A stretch of DNA of 63,468 nt, filler included, from Octopus bimaculoides (Eukaryota), in the NCBI RefSeq assembly GCF_001194135.2. It is 6 parts of 5 records of this genome, joined end to end, with 100 filler letters (N's around TTAATTAATTAA, not from the genome) between each part and the next. Parts side by side here need not be neighbours in the genome. Positions count along the whole stretch, not along the records: positions 38,588 to 45,431 come from NC_068987.1; positions 45,532 to 62,040 come from NC_069005.1; 4 more parts are not named here. The stretch is one strand, 5' to 3'. Positions 40,577-52,300 of the stretch are shown here, piece after piece. Each line of letters starts with the position of its first letter. Positions within the stretch are counted from its first letter, which is position 1. Both the position numbers and the translations under genes were made by a program. Under the pieces are notes generated by a model. The model saw only the letters and a list, made by a program, of their open reading frames with translations, was not told where the DNA came from and ran no database searches.

Positions 40577-41926
40577 GCAAACAATACATACCTACATACT
40601 TTCTCATGGTTTTATATTTTATTTAAAAAATATTATCTTGGAAATATAAAGATACATAGGTTATAATGTAACTAATTTTTTTTAAATAAAGGATGCAAAG
40701 CCTAGCTATTGGGTTAATACCCCATGTGTGTGTGTTTTTGTGTATGTGTGTGTATGTGCGTGTGTGTTCGTGTGTGTGTGTGTCTTTAAAAAGTCATTGG
40801 TTATGATTGTTTAAAGAGAGACCCTTGGTTTTGTGAGGCTAAAATCATCGAGTCTGGCAAATGCCCTATACCGCTAAAAGCTCTATGGGTGCGAAACTAA
40901 TGGTCACTCTCTCACTGGCCATCAGCAACAACTTTTCCAGAAATTCTGCTCTAAATTTAGAATGTTCTTCTTTTCGGATTTATGAACTAGGATCTAATCT
41001 TTTTCATTCGCAAAACGAGCCCCTTTTAATTTTGGTCAGATTGGTTTCAATTTTGGTGTATCGATGCAACTCCGAATTTTGATTACGATCAACCAATTAC
41101 TTTATTTCGTAAATTAAAGAATTTGATGTTATTTGAAAGTAAATTTGGAAATTTTGAGTAATTTCAGCCAATCAACAGACAGCGTGGCATTAGCAGCTTG
41201 TTACCATGACAACAGGACGCTGTAACTTTTCCTCCAATTTTTTTTTCTCCACACCATCATACCTTCATAGCAATGAGACTAGAAAACTACATTATTATAG
41301 CCGAATGGATATTTTGCGAATGAAAAACACTAGATGCTATGAACTATTGAGCGATATATATANNNNNNNNNNNNNNNNNNNNNNNNNNNNNNNNNNNNNN
41401 NNNNNNNNNNNNNNNNNNNNNNNNNNNNNNNNNNNNNNNNNNNNNNNNNNNNNNNNNNNNNNNNNNNNNNNNNNNNNNNNNNNNNNNNNNNNNNNNNNNN
41501 NNNNNNNNNNNNNNNNNNNNNNNNNNNNNNNNNNNNNNNNNNNNNNNNNNNNNNNNNNNNNNNNNNNNNNNNNNNNNNNNNNNNNNNNNNNNNNNNNNNN
41601 NNNNNNNNNNNNNNNNNNNNNNNNNNNNNNNNNNNNNNNNNNNNNNNNNNNNNNNNNNNNNNNNNNNNNNNNNNNNNNNNNNNNNNNNNNNNNNNNNNNN
41701 NNNNNNNNNNNNNNNNNNNNNNNNNNNNNNNNNNNNNNNNNNNNNNNNNNNNNNNNNNNNNNNNNNNNNNNNNNNNNNNNNNNNNNNNNNNNNNNNNNNN
41801 NNNNNNNNNNNNNNNNNNNNNNNNNNNNNNNNNNNNNNNNNNNNNNNNNNNNNNNNNNNNNNNNNNNNNNNNNNNNNNNNNNNNNNNNNNNNNNNNNNNN
41901 NNNNNNNNNNNNNNNNNNNNNNNNNN

Positions 41927-41974
<48 letters not shown>

Positions 41975-42147
41975 TATTTATGTATGTGTGTTTGTGTGGT
42001 TGTATGAAGAAAAAAGATATAGAGAAAGCATTCTGTTTTAAACGAATTTCGTAAACTATTTCAAATGAAAGATCTAATTTTCTCTATCCGTATTTTTATT
42101 ATATGCATGTATGTATGTATGTATGTATGTATGTATGTATGTATGTA

Positions 42148-42192
<45 letters not shown>

Positions 42193-42194
<2 letters not shown>

Positions 42195-42582
42195 AGTTGC
42201 AATGCTCCAGTGGTTAGGGCAGCGGACTCGCAGTCGTGGGGTCGCTGCTTCGATTCCCAGAACGAGCGTTGCGAGTGCTTATTGAGCGGAAACACCTAAA
42301 AGCTCGACGAGGCCCCGTGATACAGAAGGTCCTTTTTTGACTTCCATAACCATTTCGTCTGTACCCTTTCGTCACAACCTTCTCTCACTCTTTCTTCCTG
42401 TTTCTGTTGTACCTGTATTTTCAAAGGGTCAGCCTTGTCACACCCTGTGTCACGGTGAATCTTCCCCGAGATACACGTGTCTGTGGTGTGCTCAGTCACT
42501 TGCACGTTAATTTCATGAGCAGGCTGTTCCGTTGACCCGATCAACCGGAACCCACCGTCATCGTAACCGACGGAGTGCCACG
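42193..42582 (+). mobile_element. SINE family B copy
   Basis: Same head and body as the 55077 copy, more diverged. Confidence 0.8.
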
Positions 42583-42599
42583 ATATATGTATGTATATC

Positions 42600-42631
<32 letters not shown>

Positions 42632-43339
42632 CATACACACACACACACACACATATANNNNNNNNNNNNNNNNNNNNNNNNNNNNNNNNNNNNNNNNNNN
42701 NNNNNNNNNNNNNNNNNNNNNNNNNNNNNNNNNNNNNNNNNNNNNNNNNNNNNNNNNNNNNNNNNNNNNNNNNNNNNNNNNNNNNNNNNNNNNNNNNNNN
42801 NNNNNNNNNNNNNNNNNNNNNNNNNNNNNNNNNNNNNNNNNNNNNNNNNNNNNNNNNNNNNNNNNNNNNNNNNNNNNNNNNNNNNNNNNNNNNNNNNNNN
42901 NNNNNNNNNNNNNNNNNNNNNNNNNNNNNNNNNNNNNNNNNNNNNNNNNNNNNNNNNNNNNNNATATATATATATATATATATATACTCACACACGTTTA
43001 TATACATTTATATATCTATTTATATTATATATATATATATCACGTGTGTGAGCACCCACATCAACAAATATGCGAGTGCATGTGCCTAAGACTATTAACT
43101 CTTACAAAATATCTGATTGCAAACGAAATAATATAAAATGAAGTGGAAATAAACAGACATAGCTTGATAAACAACACAATCATTTACGAGATCGCACAAA
43201 AACCACCACGCCCCTCCACACCACACACACACTTCGATTCTGATACATAATGAAGTGTCAACATACGTACACTAGTAAGAGAGTAAACAAATACGATACA
43301 CAGCCACAAACCTCACTTTACACACAACACAGTGCGAGA

Positions 43340-43370
<31 letters not shown>

Positions 43371-43637
43371 TAGTGTTTACATACATGCACACATATACAC
43401 TTTACTATACATAAACACACACACACACACATACATATACAAGGGTCTGGCGATACAAACAGAAGAGAACTCAAAACATGGCTGTACACACGCAAAAACA
43501 TACACGTACATACACACACACATATACACACGTAGGTTTGTACATTCATACATACATATATACATACATACATGTATGTATATATAAACGCATTAACTTA
43601 TTCAAGTTATAGACCCTACAATGTCAAAAACAGAAAT

Positions 43638-43670
<33 letters not shown>

Positions 43671-43717
43671 GGTCTATATATATATATACGGATAGAAAGA
43701 CAAATATATACACTAAT

Positions 43718-43749
<32 letters not shown>

Positions 43750-44310
43750 ACACTGACACTGACAAACACACACATATCCAAAATCGTGGTGTGGTGCTGA
43801 ATGTCGAAAAATATAAACAGAAAAACAGAATTTTTTTCGTGAATCTTTTGTTGGGAATACTGGATCGAAGGATTACGGGATTACAGGCTTACTGGAATGT
43901 TGGATTTTAGGTTCTAATGGATGTATGGATTGCTGAATTAATGGATTGCTGAATTTCATAGATCAATGTCTATTTTAAAAAAACAAAAATAATAATCCCT
44001 GAATAATGTTACTTACCGTGGACAGCTTGAAACTTTTCACATCAACTCACGTCTTCGACTCCCCTTTTTCTCTCTTACTATCTCTCTCGCCAACATCCTC
44101 TCTCCCTCTCTTTCACTATCGCTTGCTCTTGCTCCCCCCTCTCTCTATCTCTGTCACACACGCCCAATTTCTCTTTCTGTCTGTGTCTGTCTCTCTCTCT
44201 CTCTTTCACTTTGTCTCTCTCTGTGTCGTTCATAACATTGACAACTAAATGATCAGATATATGTACGTGTGTGTGTGTGTGTGTGTGCGTACGTGTAGGG
44301 CTAGCGAGAT

Positions 44311-44355
<45 letters not shown>

Positions 44356-45284
44356 TATATAGAGATAGTCACAATGATATGGAGGTTTTTTCTAGGAAAA
44401 TAGCCTATCCCATTATTGAGACATATGAAGGAGATGGTGGTGGCNNNNNNNNNNNNNNNNNNNNNNNNNNNNNNNNNNNNNNNNNNNNNNNNNNNNNNNN
44501 NNNNNNNNNNNNNNNNNNNNNNNNNNNNNNNNNNNNNNNNNNNNNNNNNNNNNNNNNNNNNNNNNNNNNNNNNNNNNNNNNNNNNNNNNNNNNNNNNNNN
44601 NNNNNNNNNNNNNNNNNNNNNNNNNNNNNNNNNNNNNNNNNNNNNNNNNNNNNNNNNNNNNNNNNNNNNNNNNNNNNNNNNNNNNNNNNNNNNNNNNNNN
44701 NNNNNNNNNNNNNNNNNNNNNNNNNNNNNNGGTGGTGGTGGCGAGAGTGGTGGTGGTGCTGGCGAGAGTGGTGGTGGTGGTGGCGGCGGTAACTTAAGTA
44801 TTGATATTGACGGTTGCGGTGACATCATGGTGGTGGCAGTAATATTAGTAATAGTAGTATATTACTACTGGCGGTGGTGGTGGTGCATAATCATGTCAGC
44901 CTATTGGTCCAACTCTCCTTCCTCTCACTTACTCTATTCTCTCCCTCCTGTTACTGCTCCTCCTATACAGGCGGGTTATACAAGCGATCTCCTCCGAGAA
45001 AAGCTCTTCACCGCTGCCAAACACTGTTGTACTATTACACACAAGTAATATTCGGGGCGGGAAAAAGACCGAAGAATGAAAGAGAAGATAGCCAAGTTTT
45101 GTTTTGCTGTCAGGATCAACTTTATGAAAACAAATACAGCATCAATGCAGCTTATATATAATCTCTGTACAAAACTCCGACTTTCGCTTTTATGTGGACC
45201 TGTTTAGGGACCAATTCTCTCTTTTGCTGGCCCTACTTTCACAGCCAGCAAAGAATTTTTTTTTTTTTTTTTTAACAATTGAAA

Positions 45285-45431
45285 GAATTGGTTCCGTAAT
45301 GCTCCAGCTGTACGATTCGATCTTCAGAAGCGGAGAGGTTCGTACAAGACCCAAACTCGCTGTCTTCAATTCGGTTTTGGTGCCTATCCTTACCTGTGGT
45401 CATAAATGTTGGGTAAGGACCGAAATAGTAC
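45285..45431 (+). mobile_element. RTE/Expander-like LINE C-terminal fragment
   Basis: YDSIFRSGEVRTRPKLAVFNSVLVPILTCGHKCWVRTE resembles the post-RT region of RTE ORFs. Confidence 0.55.
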
Positions 45432-45542
45432 NNNNNNNNNNNNNNNNNNNNNNNNNNNNNNNNNNNNNNNNNNNNTTAATTAATTAANNNNNNNNNNNNN
45501 NNNNNNNNNNNNNNNNNNNNNNNNNNNNNNNGATAGATAGAC

Positions 45543-45580
<38 letters not shown>

Positions 45581-45605
45581 GTAGGTAGGTAGGTAGGCAG
45601 GTAGG

Positions 45606-45667
<62 letters not shown>

Positions 45668-45678
45668 CTGGCCATTAC

Positions 45679-45906
45679 CTCAAACAACTTGATGTACCAA
45701 GGGTCGGGTTTCTTGCACCGGGCCAGGCACACTTTGGCATAATGCGGGTAGACATTGTCTATATTCAGTTTTTCTTCTCGTTGTTCTTGCTGCTGTTGTT
45801 GCGACTCTGCCCCGGCCTTGCCTCTGTTGCGAACTGACGATGACGACGATGATGAAAATGAAGGTGTAATTTCACCCAACAACGGTTGTTGTTCATTCAT
45901 CATCAT
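45679..45906 (-). CDS. Putative first coding exon of an unidentified gene divergent from TAF8
   Basis: 76 codons, MMMNEQQPLLGEITPS...NIDNVYPHYAKVCLARCKKPDPWYIKLFE, with an in-frame upstream stop and ending at a GAG|GTAATG donor. The distal half is non-repetitive and protein-like. Confidence 0.62.
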
Positions 45907-46538
45907 CACCGCTGCTGCTGCTGGTTGTGGTGGTGGTGGCGATGCTGTTTGTCACTCGTGGTGAGAACGATAACGATGACGTTATATTGTTTATGTTAAC
46001 GCTGTTGTTGTTGTTGGTGTCGTCGTCGTAGTAGTAGGTGGTGGTGGGCGGCGGTGGCTTGTAGTTTTTGTTTTTGGTACTGTAGTTGTTATCGTATTAA
46101 ATGATGCAGTCGTTGTTGTTATTGCTGTTGTTGTTCTTGTTATTGTTGTTGTTGTTGTTACTCTTATTACTGCTGACGACGCAATTACCCTTGTTTGTTG
46201 CTGTTGTTGTTTGATGACGACGATGGCTACGGTGCTACATCGTTATTATCGATGCAACGATCGTTGTTCGCCGTTACAATTTGTCGTGATTGTTATAAAC
46301 GCCGACGTCATTCGTGTTGTTGTTGTTGCTGCTGATTAAGAACTTCGCTGACGTTGCGTAGCAAGAGCTCTCCGACATCTAACTAACCAGCACTAACGAA
46401 ACTTTTCTCTCACAGTGACGAGAGATGAAGATGCTGTTGTTATGGTAACACCGCCACGTGAACAAACGACACAAGGGAGGCTACTCTCACCTACAGTGAA
46501 CGCAGACTGCCGAGTGGTAGTGGTGGTGGTGGTGGTGA

Positions 46539-46572
<34 letters not shown>

Positions 46573-46689
46573 TTCTACTGAAGCCTCAGACCAACCAAAG
46601 CTTTGTGAGTAGTTACTGTAGGCGGAAACTGAAAGAATCCCGTCTTGTATACATACATACATACATACATACGGACGGACGGACGGAAC

Positions 46690-47125
46690 AGCCTACTCGT
46701 GAAATTAACGTGCAAGTGGCTGAGCACTCCACAGAGTTCTCAAAGAGATTCAGCGGGATACAGAATGTGAACAAGGCTGGCCCTTTGAATCACAGGTACT
46801 ACTCAGTTTTGCCAGGTGAGCTTTTTAAAGGAGCACTCCGTCGGTTACGACGATGATAGTCCCAGCTGATCCGATCAACGGAACAGCCTGCTTGTGAAAT
46901 TAGCGTGCAAGTGGCTGAGCACTCCACAGACACGTGTACCCTTAACGTAGTTCTCGGGGAGATTCGGCGTGACACAGAGTGTGACAAGGTCGGCCCTTTG
47001 AAATACAGGTACTACTCATTTTTGCCAGCTGAGTGGACTGGAGCAACGTGAAACAAAGTGTCTTGCTCATGGACATAACGCGTCGCTGGGAATTGAACTC
47101 ACAACCTTACGATCGTGAGTCGAGA
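46690..47125 (-). mobile_element. Rearranged, partly duplicated SINE family B-related copy
   Basis: The segment cggaacagcct.ct.gtgaaatta.cgtgcaagtggctgagcactccacag occurs twice. Confidence 0.7.
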
Positions 47126-47129
47126 GACT

Positions 47130-47406
47130 AAAAAAACTCCTTGTAACACCAAAGATGAACTGAAAGCAAGGATTATGGCAGAATTCACCAGCTTAAACGA
47201 GGAAACTCTCCAGACGAGTTACAGGAGATTCCGAAGTCGTCTGGAGGCCATGGTTGAAGCCAATGGCGATTTTATTGAATAAATTTACTCTTTAGAATTT
47301 CGAGATATTTTTATGTAACTTTGGTAAATATATCTGTTAAAATGAGATATCAGTGTTATTTTCATTTTTGCGTAATTTAGACGACAGTTTATTCACCACA
47401 CCCTGA
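47130..47406 (+). mobile_element. Tc1/mariner 3' end with right TIR
   Basis: CNTKDELKARIMAEF...FRSRLEAMVEANGDFIE* followed by ...ttattcaccacaccctg. Confidence 0.7.
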
Positions 47407-47735
47407 ATATATATCTATAAACACACACACACACACAGGTTTCAAATTTTGGCACAAGGCCAGCAATTTAGGGGACGGACCTAAGTCGATTACAACAACT
47501 TCGCTATTCGACTGGTACTTACTGTATCAACCTCGAAAGTTTAAAAGATAAAGTCGACATCTGCAGAATAAGAACTCATAGCATAAAGACGGACGAAATG
47601 CCTCCAAGCATTTCGTCCGGCCTGGCAACGACTCTACCCGTCCGTCACTTTCATATACGATTAACATTAAAACTGCAAAACACGGATGTTTACAGTTCGG
47701 TCAGGGGAGACTACTCTTTTTGCTGAATCAACAAA

Positions 47736-47743
47736 CCGGAAGT
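47736..47743 (+). promoter_or_regulatory. ETS/GABP site in the candidate TAF8 promoter
   Basis: CCGGAAGT about 560 bp upstream of the TAF8 ATG in a unique, CpG-containing segment. Confidence 0.45.
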
Positions 47744-48301
47744 TATCAGTTTGTGCTTTTTTCTCATTTCTGCTGCCGCCACTTGGTGTCGCTGTAAGCA
47801 GGCGTACATTTCAAAGATGATCTGAGTTCGATCTGCGACGATTTCTCTTCTTCGAGTTGGTGCTTGTTTACATCGGATTTCAGGTGATGTTGAACCTTAA
47901 TCGTATTTCTATCGGATCAACGAAAGACATATATGAGTATATACTGAAGTGAACACACACACACACATATATGTATATATAAATATACACGACGCACCCG
48001 TGTTTATATATTATGTTGATATCCAGTATGTATACAGTTTGTGATAAGCATGTGGCTTCGAACGCATAAACTCCACTGTACGTATTGAGTACTTCATCTC
48101 TCGTTTGTTCATACACGAACACACACATATAACATACGTATATATATATATATATATACACACACATACACGCATTAAAATATTGCATTACACACTCATT
48201 AATATTGCTTTATAATATATATATTTATATATACATACACACAATAAAAGAACCATATCATACAATACACACACATACATACACCTATGTATACAAAAAG
48301 T

Positions 48302-48440
48302 ATGGCGTGTTCTGCTGAAGACGAAGGCGATCCTCGTCGTAAGATTCTCAAGATGGTTGTGTGTTCGTTATGTTACGATGCCGGTTGTTCCACGGTGGAG
48401 AACATCGTAGCCGAAACATTGGTGGAAATGATGCAAAGTT
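48302..48440 (+). CDS. TAF8: TAF8 coding exon 1 (MACSAEDEGDPRRKILK...EMMQS)
   Basis: ATG at 48302, donor T|GTAAG at 48441. An in-frame ATG at 48287 also exists, so the start is slightly uncertain. Confidence 0.88.
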
Positions 48441-49163
48441 GTAAGTTATTGTGTCTTCTTTCTTGCTTTTTTTTAACCCATGAAGGGCTGGGGGTTTGCA
48501 CTTACATAGCATGGACTGCTGAGCACATTTTATGAAAATGAAACTACCATGCACGCATAAAAAGACAAATAAATTGTTAAAATATCTTCTTAGTATATAA
48601 TGGTAGGAAGTTTTACATCATCTGAAAAGTCATTAGTTGAACTATTAGTCCTCTTGCATTCTGGGGGGTATCGAAGCGTTTGGGTGACATTAGATCCCAA
48701 CAAATACCCGTAAATTAAGTGCATCTATCTGGGCCACTGTCGTGGCCTGTCGACCTGTGTCTGCGGCCACGATCGTGGGCCGTCGCGCTTCATATGTTAA
48801 ATGGTTTCTTCATTATAAACTCTTTCGTGAGTTTTTTTTTCATTTATTTTTCATCTGGCATTAATCTTTAATGTTTAATCTTATATTTGGTTCAGTCAGT
48901 TGGTCTCCGGGGATGTTGGAGCGCTGCCTGCACAAGGTTTTAGTCGAACGAATCGACCCCAGCATTTGTTATTGTTGCTTTACACTTGTTATTTATTCTG
49001 TCGGTCCCTTTTTGCCAAACCGCTAGTTTACGAGGATGTAAACAAACCAGCACTTCTTGCCAAGCAGCAGTGGCTGACAAATACGAAGATGCAGACTCAT
49101 AAATGTACAAACACACATATATATCTTTATATTGACCACATATATATAGACGTATACATACAT

Positions 49164-49194
<31 letters not shown>

Positions 49195-49290
49195 GATAGA
49201 TATATATATATATATACATACACACATACTCGACAGGTTTCTTTCAGTTTCCATCTACCAAATCCAGTCACAAGGCTTTGGCCGGCTCAG

Positions 49291-49331
<41 letters not shown>

Positions 49332-52300
49332 TCATGAAAATTTCTGGAGTGGCTGTGTGGTAAGCAGCTTGCTTCCCAACCACATAGTTCTGGGTTCAGT
49401 CCTACTGCGTGGTACCTTGAGCAAGTGTCTTCTACTTTAGCCTCGGGCCGACCTGAAACTGAAAGAAGCCTATATATATGTGTGTGTGTGTGTGTGTTAC
49501 CTCCCTTCGTTATTTATATGGTCTCCCTTGCAACACATTTTGCTTTGTATGTCCGTCGCAATCTTATATATGCGTGTGTGTACATATATATACATATATA
49601 TATATATATCTATATAGGCGCAGGATTGGTTGTGTGTTAAGTAGCTTGCTTACCAACCGTATGGTTCCGGGTTCAGTCCCATTGCGTGGCACCTTGGGCA
49701 AGTGTCTTCTACTATAGCCTCGGGCCGACCAAAGCCTTGTGAGTGAATTTGGTGGACGGAAACTGAAAGAAGCCCGTCGTATATATGTATGTATATATAT
49801 ATATATATATGTTTGTGTGTCTGTGTTTGCCCCCCTAGCATTGCTTGATAACCGATGCTGGTGTGTTTATGTCCCCGTCACGTAGCGGTTCGGCAAAAGA
49901 GACCGATAGAATAAGTACTAGGCCTACAAAGAATAAGTCCCGGGGTCGATTTGCTCGACTAAAGGCGGTGCTCCAGCATGGCCGCAGGCAAATGACTGAA
50001 ACAAACAAAAGAGTAAAGAGTAATATATATATATATATATATATGTGTGTATGTATGTATACACACACACACACACATATATATATTGTTTTTAACCTTA
50101 TTTTTGTGCTTTTCTTTTCAAGTTTTGTGTGAAGCTGGAAGGAGCTCTCAGGCGTATTGTGAATTGTCTGGCAGAACCACTCCAATGTTAAGTGATGTTG
50201 TTATGAGTTTAATTGAGATGGGTGAGTCTTCTCCTTTTCAAACTGACGACCATTCTAATCGAGGCACTTCTGATAAATTCAAAGCAATGGAATCACAAAC
50301 ATCAACAAACACTTTGTTTAGTATTTGTCTTGTAATTCTCATTCAATGGTTCTTTAGTACTTTAGATTTTATCTTTTACGTATCCGCATAAAAAAAAAAT
50401 GATAATACAGTTCTATATTTAAGAGATGAGGAATTATGTACGTTATTTACTGAGTGAAAATGATCAAACTTTAAACCGCTATAACCTTTTTTGAAATGCT
50501 GGCAACCAAACCAAGAAGGTCCCAAAAATCTTATATGGACCCCAGTTGAGAACCACTGGTCTAAACCATGCCAGTAAGGAAAACGGACATTAAATTACGA
50601 TGGTGATATGTCTGGCCATGGGCAAATATTACCTTGCTTGGAAATAAGTAATTATAGATTACATGAAGGGCATCTGGCCATAGAAAATATGCCTCTATAA
50701 ATTGCTTCTAACCCATGCAGGCATGGAAAATCATCATCGTTTAACGTCCGCTTTCCATGCTAGCATGGGTTGGATGATTTGACTGAGGAATGGTGAAACC
50801 AGATGGCTACACCAGGCTCCAATCTGATTTGGCAGAGTTTCTACAGCTGGATGTCCTTCCTAACGCCAACCACTCAGAGAGTGTAGTGGGTGCTTTTACG
50901 TGTCACCCGCACGAAGGCCAGTCAGGCGGTACTGGCAACGGCCACGCTCAAAATGGTGTATTTTATGTGCTACCCGCACAAGAGCCAGTCCAGGGGCACT
51001 GGCAACAATCTCTACAAAGGCCAGTCAGGCGTGGATGTTAAACAGTGATGTTGATGATATCTGTTTTAAGCGCTTTCACCAATATAAGTACCACTGGAAT
51101 TCTCGCCAAAAGCACACAAGAATACACACATCACCCACCCATTTTACTGCCCATTTCCTGTTCCTGTTTTATTGTTATGGTTTTCTGCAGCAGTGCTAAA
51201 CTTCTTTGGCGTATATTTCCAGGTACCAAAATCGACCAGATTCCTATTTATGCGAAGAAACCAAACAAAAATGTTTTTATTCCACGTAAGTCGCATCTAA
51301 TTAATATTCCATGCCATTCTTCACATTTACTGTCCACTTTCGCCAAATTTATGTCACAGAGTCAGCCATGCCATTGAATATCTTTGTTGAATTCTTATTA
51401 TACGAACTGTATAAATCTAAATATACATACATATATACACACACATACACACTTACAAAAGCACTACTAATAGAATGGGACCTCCAGCTTACCAGTTCTG
51501 GTCAAACCGTCCAACCCATGCCAGCATGGACAATGGACATTAGACGATGATGATGATGAGATGTATGGCTTAGGCACAGGCATGGTTGTGTGGTAAGAAA
51601 CTTGCTTCCCAACCACATGGTTCTGGGTTCAGTCCCACTGTGTCACACCTTGGGCAAGTGTCTTCTACTATAGCCTCGGGCCGACCAAAGCCTTGTGAGT
51701 GGATTTGGTAGACAGAAACTGAAAGAAGCCCGTCGTATATATGTATATGTATATATATGTATGTGTGTTTGTGTGTCTGTATTTGTCCCCCAACATGGCT
51801 TGACAACCGATGCTGGTGTGTTTACGTCTCCGTAACTTAGCGGTTTGTCAAAAGTGACCGATAGAATAAGTACTAGGCTTACAGACAATAAGTCCTGTGG
51901 TCGATTTGCTCGATTAAAGCGGTGCTCCAGCATGGCCGCAGTCAAATTACTAAAACAAGTAAAAGAGTAATAGCCTTGGGCCAACCAAAACCTTGTGAGT
52001 GGATTTGGTAGAAGGAAACTGAAAGAAGTCCATCGTATATATATGTATGTATGTGTGTGTGCATCATGTAAGGGTTTGCAACAGAAAGGTCATTTGTCTG
52101 TAAAACATTGCCTCAAATATGTATTCATCTAACTCATGCTGGCATGGAAAAATGGACATAAACCACCATTGATCAGATATCAAATTATGATGCCATCATC
52201 ATTTTTTTTATCTCAATTTTTCTTTTTTTTTTTTGTCTGAATTTTTACAGCAACCCACAAGCATGTGCCACCCTTACCTGGAATACTCGAAACTGGGGAA

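Noticed and set aside
44933-45100. Minus-strand exon ending at GA|GTAAGT
   Set aside because: The translation is not protein-like, the end is purine-rich and low-complexity, and it is not needed for the spliced model.
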